This document shows positions 38,401-50,817 of a stretch of 64,000 bases of DNA, one piece after another (position 1 is the stretch's first letter; each line of letters starts with the position of its first letter). The position numbers and the translations under genes were made by a program. The DNA lies in contig JANHCV010000011.1 of assembly GCA_025594325.1 (NCBI GenBank), positions 372,001-436,000 on the forward strand, read 5' to 3'. The notes beneath the pieces were generated by a model. The model did not search any database. It saw only the letters and a list, made by a program, of their open reading frames with translations, and was not told where the DNA came from. This DNA comes from Blastocladiella emersonii ATCC 22665. Taxonomy: Eukaryota > Fungi > Blastocladiomycota.

Positions 38401-39234
38401 ATCTCCAAGATCACCATCTTGCTCGGACCCCTGTTCCTGCGCACCTGGCGCCACGCCCGTGCGCGGCATCAGCGCGACAAGGCTGTCGCGGTCGCCTCGC
38501 TCGGCCGCCGCGGCGGGGTCTCGGAGCCCGCGGGGACCCGCGCGCGCCCAACCTCCTCGCCGCCGTCGCTCCCGCGCACGCTCGTCAGCCTGTTCGTCGC
38601 GCAGCGCGACTCGGGCGCCATCGACGCGTCCGTCTCGCAGCAGCTCGAGCGGTTCGCGGCTGCCGCCGCTGACTCGGACGGGCTCAAGCAGCGGCGCTCA
38701 GCCGCACGCACCTCCAGCGCATCGGAACCAACCGACGAGGACGTAGTGTGGGCCCCCGTCCCAACCCGCGTCGTGTTCCGGTACGGGTGGCGGTCGTGGC
38801 CGCTGATGCGCGCCGTGTTCGGGTTCGGCCGGCAGTGGCGGCACACGACGGTCGTGTTTGCGCGCAGCGACGCGTCGCTCCGCGTCCACTGGGGGAAACG
38901 CGTGCTGTGCGCCAACCACGGGACCGCCGAGGCCGTCAACATGCGCAGCGACCCGCGGCCTGCTGCCGAGGTCGCGAAGGCCGAGGCCGAGGCGCGCGAG
39001 CAGCTGGACCGCGTTGAGGCCGCGCGGCTCAAGCTCGTCTCGTGTGCGTGGTGGAAGCGCGTTGGGGCCAAGGTGTGCGAGGCGGTCGCGGCCGCCCGCG
39101 CCGCCGCGTCCCCGCTCAACGAGACGGTTGCGGACGGCGAGGATATGGTCCGTATCGAGTCGCCCGAGTGGACCGCGTTTATGGCGCTCCAGAACGAGAA
39201 GGAGGTGCGCGACTTTATCCGGTTCTTTGAGTGA
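35436..39234 (+). CDS. Class C (GABA-B/mGluR-like) GPCR: Venus flytrap + 7tm_3
   Basis: Exon 1 35436-36042 (signal peptide, LGVMLP), intron 36043-36100, exon 2 36101-39234. VFT motifs GVIGDG..IPMCSPYASSPSI..FYRP and KWRRIGLIY. 7tm_3 motifs IRASTP..CLG, C..QIW..LG..L..KTYRI..F and KTRNV...YNES. Confidence 0.88.
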
Positions 39235-39762
39235 GTGTATCTGTTGTTATCCATCTATTGCAAATGTAACCCTTTTCTGTATCAAACACGCGGGAAGATG
39301 CTGCGGGCCCGGACCTTGGCGGCCACGCGAAGTCGCGGCTCGCGCCGGAAGAAGCGCAGCTTGAGGATGCCGGCGTGCAGCTTCGCCGGCGCGACGAGTC
39401 GGCGTTTTGACCACGCGGTGTGAACGACGCGTTGCGCCGCGAGGGTTCTTCGAAAAAGGGCGTGCGAGTCGCATGCAGTCGAAGCGGCTTGACCTGAACA
39501 TTGTCTCCATCCCCGTGATGTCTCGCACTGCCTCGTGGGTGATCGACACGGCCACGGGGGTCAAAATGAACGATATATGCATGCTCGTCTTGAAACAGGG
39601 CGAACTGTCGTCCCCTATAAAGATCGCCCGTTCCTCGGCCCTCCTTCTCCTGCTCTTCAACCTAGGTCTTATTTCATCCATGTACGCATCTCTTTACGTA
39701 ACACTCGCTGACCGTCGCCACTAACGCTTGCACTCGCCCGCCCTCCAGAGCCTATCCCAAAA

Positions 39763-40347
39763 ATGATGATGTTCTCTGCCCCCGCCAAGGTCCCCTCGAC
39801 CGCCCTCCTCCTCTCGGCCCACCAGCAGCAGCAGTCCTCGTCCTCGTTCGCCACGCTTTCCCTGGCTGGCGAAGACTACTGCCTCAAGTCCGAGAACGCC
39901 TTCAAGTTGCCGTTCGTGCCCTTGACCGTCGCCTCGGTCAAGCACGCGTTCAGCAAGCTCGCTGTCCGTCTGCCTCGCATCGTGCCGCGCCCCGGCAAGC
40001 GCGACACGACGCACAAGCAGGTTTCGGTTTCCGTCCTGGTCGACCCGTTCGCTGAGCTCGCCGCCCCGACCCCGTTCGCGGCCTGTGGTGACCCGGGCTC
40101 GGACGACACGTTGGTCGTCCCTCATCCGAGCCCAGCGGCGAACAACAAGTCGGCCAAGTCGTCGTCCTTGTCGTCGTCGCTCTCGCCTCGTCTGGCGTGG
40201 GCGTCGGTCAAGGCGCGGCTGTCCCGGCGTGCTGCTGCTGCTGCCCCCGTTGCGGGCGGCAATGTCGTTGTCGTCGATGAGCTCCGTGACGAGTTCTTTG
40301 CCGACGACGACGACCAGCCCGCTGTCATTGATTTCGTTCGTTTTTGA
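39763..40347 (+). CDS. Hypothetical Ser-rich protein
   Basis: 194-aa ORF with C/G-ending codon bias, preceded by a pyrimidine-rich leader and followed by an AT-richer 3' region. No family recognised. Confidence 0.5.
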   Translation: MMMFSAPAKVPSTALLLSAHQQQQSSSSFATLSLAGEDYCLKSENAFKLPFVPLTVASVKHAFSKLAVRLPRIVPRPGKRDTTHKQVSVSVLVDPFAELAAPTPFAACGDPGSDDTLVVPHPSPAANNKSAKSSSLSSSLSPRLAWASVKARLSRRAAAAAPVAGGNVVVVDELRDEFFADDDDQPAVIDFVRF

Positions 40348-41549
40348 TTTCATACAGTTGTTGATACCCAACTTCCGCATTGAACGAGTGCGAGCGTGTT
40401 CGCGAGACAGGCTGCGAGACGCGTTCCGCTATCATGTGTGTGGCGCCAACCGTGAAACGCACCGCGTCGTCGCGTTTGCTTCCGCCCAGCTCGCCAGCTC
40501 TCTCGATTATGCACCCACGCCGTATGACAATACGATTATAACCTGGCGCAATGGACTCAACCAAGCCTCACTCACATTGTGGAGGGCCTAGCGCGACATC
40601 ACCCAGATCAACCGACACGTCGTCAGGCCCGGCCGGTTTGTTGGCAGCACCATCACCCGCCACGGCCACGAGGAGTTCGACGCAATCTCAACTGTGAGCA
40701 TTACTTTATTTCAGTCGCCCTCATTGCGTCGTGCTGTGCGTGCTCTGCTGATGGTCGAGTTCCGCTAGCTATTGAGATCCGAGTGCGCTTCACACTCGAG
40801 CTGACCCTCAACCCGACAGCCCAGCCGCATCGGCCGCTGTCCGTGACTTGATTTTCTCATGTTTGACCCGTCTATGATCAAGTGTGCGTCGTGCGCGCGC
40901 CATGTCGGTGCGCCCGGACCTGGCGTGCGTCAGGCTCATCATCCCATGTGCGGCAGCCACGCGGGCCGGAGGCTGTCGATCCTCGGGCACGCCCGTCACG
41001 TAGCTGCGGGCACGTCGCGTGCCGTCGTCTGAGCAGGCGTGCGGAATCAGGCGATGCACCTCGTCTCGTGGTGCGCCAGAAGCTTCGCCGGCTGCGATCG
41101 GGCTGCTACCTCGCGGCGCGCCGCGGGAGGGGAGCCTCGCGACCAAGTACGACATCTCGCCGACCATGTTCATCACGGCGACATGAGCACGGTGCCGCCC
41201 GTCATCGCCCGCTGACGACGACGAGGCGGTATGGGCGGCTTGGCTGTTCTGCTCAACTCGTCTCTTCCCATGGTCCTCCACACGTCGCTTCTATTATTTA
41301 ACACTTCGATAAATGATGGCACGGACGAGACTCGTGAGGCGAGGAGGGCCTGTGGTGCTTCGGGCACCGTCGGGCTCGGTGGCCCAGCTCACTGCTGCTC
41401 GGACCAGGGGCGCTCGGGCGCGGCGCAGGACGCGATGCGCCACTGACGTGACTGACGTGACCGATCGGCGAAGCCCTGCAGCCAGGATTTTCACCCCGTC
41501 AGGTCCCTCCTCCCTCACTTGACGGCATACCGCCCATGCAACTTGCGGA

Positions 41550-44500
41550 ATGAATCAACAGCCCGGTGCAACCATCGCACTCGGGTGTATCTTGCTCGAG
41601 AGCGACGGCCCCGAGGCCGCCAGATTGCGTGCTGGTAGGACCCCTCCGCATGCGCTGCAATCGCCGTGATGCTCATGGCCGCTTCACGTAGCGCTTGACC
41701 TAGTCAAGTCGCGCGGCCTGCTGGTTGTGCGCGAGGAGACAGAAAGCAGCGGGCGTACTCACGTTTGGCTGGAGGCGGGCGAGGCAGCGGGCCTGCCGAA
41801 CCACCGCCTCACCGGCGCCGACCGTGCCGCGCTGGCCAGCATCTTTGACGCCCTCGACACCAACCCGGCCGTGTGGCACCGGTGGACGTGCGCAGCCTGC
41901 GCCGCATCGGCCGGCTCGCACCGGCGGAGCGCCCCGCCTCGCGTGCCATTGTTCCCGCGCCTCGCGCACGACGGCAACCTGTTCGACCTGTACCAGGCGC
42001 TCACGTCGCCGCCGGACGTCGCCGCTGACCTCGACGTGCCCGAGTCGATGCTCCGGAGCACGCCGTACCCGTTTCAGAAGCGCACCGTCGCGCGTATGCT
42101 GCAGGTCGAGATGCCCGAGGTGTGGCACGCGCCGGGCGAGACCGCCAAGTCCATGGCTGCGCCCGCACCTGACCCGCCCGCGCCCGCGTGCTACCGCTGC
42201 GGCTCGCTCGCGGTAACTGTCCGGCTGCCCGAACGGCCCGCTGAGCACCAGGCACCCGAACCCGAGTCGGCGCCGTTCGGTACCTGCATCAGCCCGGTGT
42301 TTCTCGCACGCCGCGACGCCGCGTCGGGCGACATCTTCTGGATCGACCCGCGCCACCCGACGGCCGTGTTCCGCCGCGCGCCGACGTGGATCGCGCACCC
42401 GCGCGCCGGTGTTCTCGCCGAGGATATGGGCATGGGCAAGACGCTGATCAGCATCATGCTCATCCTCGCGACCCGCGACATGCGCGCGTTCCCCGCGGAC
42501 CCGAATATCCCCGTTCGGTTCCACGCTCCGCCCGATGAGGGTGAGCTCGACCAGGCGCCACGGGTCGCCAAGCTCAAGCAGCTGTGTGCGGAGCGGGTCC
42601 TCGCGCTTGGCGGTCGAGTCGCATCGTGCCCACGCCGGCGAGTCGGCGAAGCGCTTGACACGGTCGAGCTGCCAGTGTGGTCCCACCACAAGCGCGAGTT
42701 GCGTGCGCCTGAGTCCGATCTCGGCTCGCTTCTTCGGTCCTCGTTCCACACGTACACGGATACCGCCTCGATCAAGGTCGGTCGCGTGCACCAGATCGTG
42801 AGCACCGAGGTGGTCCTCCTCCCAACCACACTGGGTGCGCTTGCCCGTATCACTCGCCGGATGCTCACCACTGACCACGACACGGACCATGTAGTCGCTG
42901 TACCCGACACGCTGCTCTACCAGTGGCAGAACGAGCTCGCGAAACACGTCGATGGCTCGCATAAGCTCTCGTGCCTCGCCCTCAATCCGAACGTGCCGCT
43001 CCCGCGCTCGCCCGCCGAGCTGCTCGCCTACGACCTCCTGCTCGTCCCCTTCAGCAAGATCAACGCTCTCGACAAGACCGACGTCTTCCGCCGGTCGCAC
43101 TTCCTGCGGTACGCCTCTTGCATCTCCTGAGAGGCCTTTTGGGCTGACCCGACTGTGTAGCCTGATCGTCGACGAGGGCCACAAGGTCGGCGCCAGCACC
43201 GACCAGATGCGGACGCTGCAGCGCGTGCGCTCGACGTTTCGCTGGATCGTCACCGGGTACGTCAGGCGTGTCAACAGCACCCGTTACTCGACTGACTGTG
43301 GCTCGCGATCCTAGTACCCCGACGACCAAACTCGCGCTCGATGCTGCAGATGTACCCTCGTCCGACGCGCCCGCGCCTGCGCCCGCACCCATCGCGTCAG
43401 GTGCACCCGCCATCCCCGCCATCCCCGCCGCCGACGCGTCTGTGGTGTATCAAAAGGATGTGGCCGCGCTGCACGACCTTTTCGACAAGTTCCTGCGCTG
43501 CCCGCCGTTCGTCGCTGCGGACCCCACGTCCGAGACGCGCTCAAGCTCGGTTAAGGCGCTGTTCAAGTCGCGGGCACCAGGCGTCCACGAGCAGCTCTTC
43601 AATGCGCTCAGCCGCGTCTTTGTGCGGCACCAGCGCGAGGACCTCGTCGCGGCCACGGACCTCCCGCCGCTGCACGAGAAAACGGTCTGGATCCAGCCGA
43701 CGTGGTTCGACGCCATGTCATTCAACGCCATGCTCGCGACGCTGATCACGAACGCGCTCGAGACGGGTACGCTCATGACGCGCGCGTGTGGAATCGGCCG
43801 TCAGGCTGACGTGCCGCGCGAACTTGTGTAGAGCGTACCTCTTCGCAGTACCTGTTCCGAAAGGAGAACAAAAAGGAACTTGACCTGTACCGCGACAACC
43901 TGCGCCGCGCGACCACCATGATCGCCATCAACACGGAGCTCTCCGTCTTCCTGCCCCAATCCGTCATCCCGTCAAGTACGTTTGGCCCTGCTTCTGGACC
44001 TCGCGCACCACCACTCAACTCACGCACTCCCCCGTCTAGTTCTCGCCCAGGAGCACGGCGCTCTCAGCCGCGACGACCGCGACGCCCTGAACCGCGCGCG
44101 GACCCACCTCGACCGCGCCGCCGCGCACGCGCAGTTCCTCGCGCTGCACGACCTCGGCGACCTGCCCATCATCGTATCCGGGTTCCCGCGAGCCCCGCAC
44201 GGCATTGGAAACTCCCTCGGCCCGTACTGGTGCATGCCCAACGAGGACGCGGCGGGGCTCGACTACGTGCCGTCGCAGACCATCGAGAACCTCGCGCTGC
44301 TGTTCAGCAAGCAGATGAAGCGGATCGCAGACGCGGCCGAGGCCAGGTCGTCGAACGGCATCACCGCGGCACACGCGGGCAAAGCCAAGCAGCAACGGCG
44401 GCAGGAGCTCGAGCTCGAGGCCACGGTCGCCCGCGGCCACCAGCTTGCCGCCGCTGCAGCCGATGTTCGGCCGCCGACCCCGCCAGCCTCGCAGCCTGCC

Positions 44501-45555
44501 GCTGCCGCCGCTATGCCTCGACCCTTCGACCACTGGGAGTACCGCAAGACGGCCACGGACGCAGACATCAACGCGCTCGGGTCGCAGCTGACCAACGCGC
44601 GGATCCGCGGCGTGTCGTCGGCCAAGCTGCGGTACCTCATGTCCCGGCTGCTCGAGCTCGCGCCGGCGGAGAAGTGCATCGTGTTCGCCGAGCTCGACCA
44701 GGAGCTCTACTACGTGGTTCAGCTCGCCGATCTGCTCGGGATCATGTCGATTCTCTGCGCCGCGGGACTGGTGCGTGTTCTCGCCGGGTCCTGGTGCGCC
44801 CTCGTTGACTGACCTTATGTGTGCGTCATGTAGAAGGGCGAAATGGACCCCAAGGAGGCCGTGCGCACCTTCGCTACATCGGACGCGCACCGCGTGTTCA
44901 TCGTGCGGACGTGGATCGGGGTACGCTTCGTCGGCTCGCTCGCTCAAGCGCACGTCCAGGACTCACACGTCGCGCACGTCGTGCGTAGGCCCGCGGCCTC
45001 GACCTGTCAGTCGCGACGCGCGTCTTTTTCCTGTCGCCCGTGTGGCGCTTCGACATCGTGCGGCAGGCCGTCCGCCGCGCGCACCGACTCGGCCAGACCA
45101 AGCCCGTGTTCGTCGAGACGCTCGCAGTCCGCGGCAACGTGCTCGACTACGTCGTCCCCTCGTCATCGTCGTCCGCCACGTCCAACGACCACGGCGACCC
45201 GGAATGGCCCTCGCTCGGCTGGCCGTCGCGCGTCTGGACCGGGATCGCGAAAGCCCGCGCCGCGGCGCGCGCCTCGGGCACGCTCAGCATGGGCGACCTC
45301 CGCGAGCTGCTCGAGATGGTCCCGTTCATGCCGATCGATCCGCGGATGGTCGGCGACGCCGCGGAGCTGGACGCGGGGTGGGACGCGCCCATCGGGCCGC
45401 GCGCGCGGGCGGACGTGATGCTGGGCGTCGAAGAGGAAGAGAATGAGGAGGTGGTCGTGGGCGAGGATGAGCCCGCGTCTGCGTCTCGGAAACGGCCTTC
45501 GTCGACTGAGGGTGGCGAGGAGGAGCCCGCGCGCAAGGCGGTCCGGTTCGAGTAG
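41550..45555 (+). CDS. SNF2-family (Rad5/Rad16-like) ATPase
   Basis: About 8 exons, proposed ATG 41550. Motifs PYPFQKRTV, GVLAEDMGMGKT, VAVPDTLLYQWQNE, LIVDEGH, RWIVTGTP, KLRYL..KCIVF, ARGLDLSVATRVFFLSPVW and QAVRRAHRLGQ. Confidence 0.87.
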
Positions 45556-45659
45556 CGTTGCGCGATTCAAGCATGTAAAAAGGTGTATACTATGGAACTA
45601 TGACTTTTTGGGACACTGAGCGGGAGGGAGCAGCAGCAGCGGAGACGGACCGGCCCGTC

Positions 45660-47598
45660 TCACGCGCGCCGCGGCTTCTTGGCCGCGGGCTTCTTCTTGC
45701 TCTTGGGCGAGTCGGCGATGACCGCGGGCGCGTTCTTGGGCTTGCCGTTTGCTGGCGCCGGCGCCGGCGCTGCGGCCTTGGGCTGCTGCTGCTGCTGCTG
45801 CTGCTTCTGCTTCTTGGGCGCGGTGGGCGCCTGCTTGCCCTTCTTGATCTTGGCCGAGGGCTCGGCGACGAGCTCGGGCGCGGGGAACACCTCCTTCTCG
45901 ACGCCCGTCGACGACACGCGCGACGTCGGCTCCGTCTTGTTGAAGAACTTGACCTCGTTGTTGTCGAGGCGCCACTGCACCGACTTGCTGCTCGGGCTGT
46001 CCGCGCCGCCAGTCGACACGCGGGACTCGGCGGCGGCGGCCGACTCGCGCTTCGGCCGCTTGGTCTTGCCGTTGGCGCGCGTGTTCTGCTTGGTCTGCTC
46101 CTTGACGATGGGGGCGGGGGCGGGCGTAGGCGCCGGCGCGGGGTTCTCGTCGACGGCCATAGGCTCCTCCTCCTCGGCGACGTCGTCCTCGGCGATCAGC
46201 TCGGGGATGAAGTCGGCAGAGTCCTCCTCGTCGCTGCTGCACGAGGGAAGGTCCTCCCACACCATGTTGGCGGCCTCCTCGTCGGCCTCCTCGTCGTCCT
46301 CGTCGTCGCTGTCGAGGCCGGCGTCGGCGCGGGACCGTTTCCGGGCGCCGCCGTCGGCAGACTCGTCATTGTCCTCCTCCTCGTCGTCCTCGTCGGACTC
46401 GTCGACGAGCTCGATGTTGTAGCGCGACTTGATCTCCTGGACCAGCGCGTACATGCGGCGGCGGTTGGCGGCCTTAGTCTCCGGGTGACTGGCCACGTCG
46501 AACATGACGGCGAGGATCTCGGGGAAGTAGACCTGCAGCGGCGTCGACCGCAGCACCGTGTCGTCAGCGGTCTCCTCCTCGTCGCCAGCCTTCTCGGCCT
46601 CAGCGGCGGCGGCGGGCGCCTCCTCGGACGACGCGTCGTCCTTGGACTCAGCCTCGGACTCGGCCTCCTCGCTCTCGATCTCGGCGTCGACGATCTGGAT
46701 CAGGCGGTCGAACACGTACTCCTTGACGCGGTCGAAGACGGGCTTGGTCTTGGTCTCGCCGACCATGACGATGAAGGGCATCATGAGCGCCGTGAACACG
46801 TTGGGCGACACGATCGACGTGACCGTCTGCTCGAGCATCTCGACGAACACCTCGATGGTGTGGTAGCGCAGCGAGTCGGAGATGCGGGTCTCGGTCGGGC
46901 TACACGCGTGGTGCGCGAGGTCAGCGGGCGGGTTTTGGGACCGGCAGCGAAGACCGCGGCGTACTTGAGCGGGCCCTCGAGCAGGCACTGGATGAACAGG
47001 TCAAGCGCCTCGTCGTTCCACTCGGCAGCCTCGAGGAGCGCGAACGCGGCGGCGTGCATCTGGCGGAACAGGTAGTAGTACTTGTCGAGGCTACATGGGC
47101 GTCGCGAGATGGTCAGGACCTCGTTCCGCAGCGAGCAACGGCAGAAGGGGCCACGTACCGGAGGCGGTCGAGGTTGTACCACTCGGTGATCATGGTCTGC
47201 CAGAACGCGTTGATGTAGCGCACGCCGAGCTTGGCGGGGAGCTCCTTGGCGAGGCCCGCGAGCTTGCGCGCGAGATCCTGCTGCACGGGCATCTTGTCCG
47301 AGAGCCAGAAGCCTAGACGTGACGATGGCCCACTGTCAGAAGCGGCTCGCAGGGTCCCCGTCATCGCAGCGATCACGTACTGTAGTAGAGCGCCTTCCAC
47401 AGCTTCATCAGGTCAAAGTCGGACATGTCCTCGGGCTGCTCCTTGATCCACGCCGTCAGCGAGCGGAACGCCGCATCGCGCTCCTTCTTCTCTAAAGGCG
47501 GCGGACATGGCGACCGGTCAGGACCGCTCCAACGACGCCGCGACGGTGATGGCGGGCGCACCAATGGCCGCGAGGCGCTTGCCGAGGGTGCTCTCCAT
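45660..47598 (-). CDS. RRP1: Ribosomal RNA processing protein 1 (Nop52 family)
   Basis: Spliced MESTLGKRLAAI-EKKERDAAFRSL..LMKLWKALYY-..WLSDKMPVQQDLA..FWQTMITEWYNLDRLR-LDKYYYL..SLRYH; acidic/basic tail with VQWRLDNNEVKFF. Confidence 0.9.
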
Positions 47599-47871
47599 GG
47601 TGTTTACGTGGGTGGCTTCGTGGTTCCGTCCAGCACAGCGCTTCGTGACTGGGTGCAAGTCCACGAGGGCCAGTGGTGAGCGTTCGTGGCGTTCGCGGTC
47701 GCTGAGCGGCGCGCCTCAGTCACGCGGGGTGGGGTGACGGGTTGCCGGGCAGCCCCACGTCGAGGCTGAAACGTCTCGCGTTCTGTCTCGCACTCGCTCG
47801 CGCTCGCTTCGATGAAACGAAAATGACCGTTTATATGGTGATGTGATATACAACGATGACATGCCGCGCCA

Positions 47872-50128
47872 TCACGCGCGGTTGAGCCCGTCGACCTTGA
47901 CGTCCTTGGGGTACACGACGGCGAACTTGCACACGAGCTCGCGCGTCTGGCCGCCGGCGAGCCCGAGCTCCCACTCGAGCACGCCCGTGTCGCGCGTCAG
48001 CACCGGCACCCGGTCGAGCGCCGCCGCCGCGAGGTCGCTGAGCGAGCCCGACTTGCTGCCGCCGGCCTTGTCCCTTTTCGCGCCGCCAAAGAAGACGGAC
48101 TCGCGGCTGCGCTTGGTCGCCGTCCCGATGCGCGTGAGCGACGGCGGCTGCGCGTCGGCACCCGAACCCGCCGTGTCGTGCTTGCTCGCGCGCACGACGA
48201 CCGCCTTCTCGTCGGGCTCGAGCAGGACCACGGCAATCTCCTGGTGCGTCGAGGACGGGATCTGGTGCGCGAGCTTGACGATGACGGGCGGCTCCGGAAC
48301 CACGGCCGTCGTTGCCGCCGACTCGCCAGCCGCCGCATTCGCGGGTGGAGCAGCGCGCCGGTTGGTCACAACGATGCGCTGCGTGTGAACAATCGAGGTG
48401 CCGCCAGGCGCGGGCGCCGCCGCGCTGTTGCTCGAGCCGCCGCCCGTGAACATGGCGATGCCCGTCTTCTTAGCCGCGCCGACCTCGGTCACCTTCTCGA
48501 CGGGCTTGAGCGAGACCTCGATGGTCGGGTCGACGCCGAGCGCGAGGCTGAGGGTGCCGCTCGGCAGGACGAGCCCGCACTCGGACTTGGCGATGAACGA
48601 CCCGTCGAGGAACACGTTGGCGGAGCCGGGCAGCAGCGTGTACGCGGACGCGTTCTCGGCCTTGCCCGTGAGGTACACCTTGGTCGACAGCTTGGGCGCG
48701 GCCTCGCGCGCCATGGTGAGCGGGAGGTCGAGCACTGCGACCGTGACGCGGTGGTCCTCGCCGTCGGACGGGATCGTGGCGGCTGACGGGATGCGGTACG
48801 ACGTGGCCGTCATGCCCGACGTGACGGCGGCCTGCGGCAGCTGCGGCTTCGGCGGGGGCGCGCGCGGTGCCGACTGCACGCGGGCCGACTTGGCCAGCGG
48901 CGGCGGGGGCGGCGCGCCGTACATCCGAGGAGCTGCCATGTCGGACATGATCGTCACCGACTCCATCATCGGGGCCGCACACGTCACCATGGCGGCGTAG
49001 CAGACCGGGGGCGGCGGGCGGTACTCGTCGACAACCCACGCCGACGCAAACTTGGGCAGCGTGTGGTCAATGGCGGCGACCGAGGCCGTCGACAGCGTCA
49101 GCTCGACGTTGTTCCACGCCTCGGTCGTCGACTGCTTTAGCGTGGCGGCGTAGGTGAGGCGGACGAGTGAGTCGGCCGAGTACACGCGCATATCATAGCG
49201 CGGGGCCCACGACGCGTTGCGCACGACTAGATTCATAGGGGCGGAGGTCAGCAATCGCGCGAGATCAGCGCTGGGGGAGAAGTAGTACCGTAGGTCACAA
49301 CGAGGTCCACCTCGACCTCCTTGTCACCGTCCTTGGCCTCGGCATCGCCGGGCCCCTCGAGGGCGACCTTGATGTACTGGATGGTGCGGTGGGCCGCGTC
49401 CGCGTCGGAGTTGGGGCGGTACTCCTCGGCCGCGATGGCGTCGCGCAGCGCGTCGATGCGCGCGTCGTGGTCGGCAATCGCGCGCTCGAGGCGCACGCGG
49501 GATGCGCCGAGCGACGCAGCCGCCTTGCCGTAGTCGCCCGAGAAGGTGCCAAAGAAGGACGTCGCGGCGGCCTCGAGCGGGCCCGAAGCGGACAAGAACG
49601 GGGTCTGGTCCTTGGCGGCGCGCGCGGCAAACGCGTCGGCGAGGGCGAGGCGGTCCGTGGCAATCGCCAGGTCCTCGCGCAGGTCCTCGACGGCCTCGGT
49701 GAGCGACTCGAGCTCGGCCTTACGGGCCTTGATGCGGGCGTCGCGGGCGGCCGTCTGCGCGTCGAGCTCCGACTCGGGCACCTGCTCCTGCACGCCGTTG
49801 GCGGCGGCGCGGACGAGCTCGACCTCGCACTCGGCGCGCACGTCGGCGATGAGGGCGCGGCCGCGCGCGATCTCAACTCTAGCGGTGGCGGGAATGTGAG
49901 CCAACGCGGCGACGCTTTGTGTGCAAGTAGTCGGGCGTACCGCAGCGTGTCCTGGTCGAGCCCCGTGGTGACGCCGCGCAGCCAGACGTCGGTGGTGCCG
50001 TTGCGGGCGACCTTGACGCCGCGCACGTCGCGCGACACTTCGGCGCGGTCCGAGTAGACGGTGACGCGGCGGACCGGGTGCGCGGCGGCCTCGACGGTGA
50101 TGCGGTTACTGGATGGTGTTGATGACAT
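47872..50128 (-). CDS. DUF4140 + DUF4139 protein (MuiA/TIGR02231-like), paralog A
   Basis: Exons 50128-49941, 49878-49289 and 49226-47872. Motifs VTVYSDRAEVSR..LDQDTLR, coiled coil, V.NASWAPRYD, KQSTTEAWNNVELTLSTA, TIPSDGEDHRVTV, LLPGSANVFLDG and LGVDP. Confidence 0.88.
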
Positions 50129-50625
50129 GGTTGCGTGCGGGCGGATGCATGGGCTGACGGAGCGAGGGCTGCTTTTGAAGAGGGGGAGAGGGAGGGAGCG
50201 AAGCCGACGCCACGCAGCGAGAGCGACGCGTCGAACACTCACCGTTGCGACCGACGCGCCTTCGACTCAACTCCCTCAGCTGCCAAGAACGCTCCTCTCT
50301 CGGAGTCTTCTCTTTTAAAAGCTGGACGAAAGCGCCAGGAGTCGGACGGCGCCGAGATCAGCCGCGGGACGGGACGCGATGCCGGCCAACTCATGGGCTT
50401 CGCCGTGGTCGACGGGGTCGCCGCGAGGACTACGGCGAGGACAACGCCCCATCGTGCGAGGCCGTACGGTGCCGAGATTTCCGTCAAGGGCCGTTATGAA
50501 AGTGCTCGGAGGACAAGCGATGAGACGAGCAACATGCACGAACGACAACGGCAGACGGCCAGAGAAATTGGCCGTTTCGGGCGACGCTTGGCAAGGACTC
50601 GCAGCTAGTTCGTGGAAGGAGCAGA

Positions 50626-50687
50626 GCCAAAGTAGCAACGCAGTCGCTGACGGGGCAGGACACGGACAAGAGGGCCAAAGTAGCAAC
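50626..50687. repeat. 14-bp direct repeat GCCAAAGTAGCAAC x2
   Basis: Exact copies at 50626-50639 and 50674-50687. Confidence 0.8.
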
Positions 50688-50703
50688 ATAGCGCTGTCAG
50701 AAC

Positions 50704-50817
50704 GATTCGGCTCCACGGCGCGCCCAAGGAATGGGAGGGCGGCCAAGATCCTCGATGGCACGGCGAGCGCACGAGGGCGCCCGCAGGCGTGCCCGCCTCC
50801 CTTTTCGGAGCCGAATC
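50704..50817. repeat. Inverted repeat / long imperfect hairpin
   Basis: Perfect 11-bp arms GATTCGGCTCC (50704-50714) and GGAGCCGAATC (50807-50817), with inner near-complementary GGGAGGGCGGC / GCCCGCCTCCC. Confidence 0.7.

Noticed and set aside
40808-41281. 157-aa minus-strand ORF
   Set aside because: GTG start, no motifs, and no codon bias.
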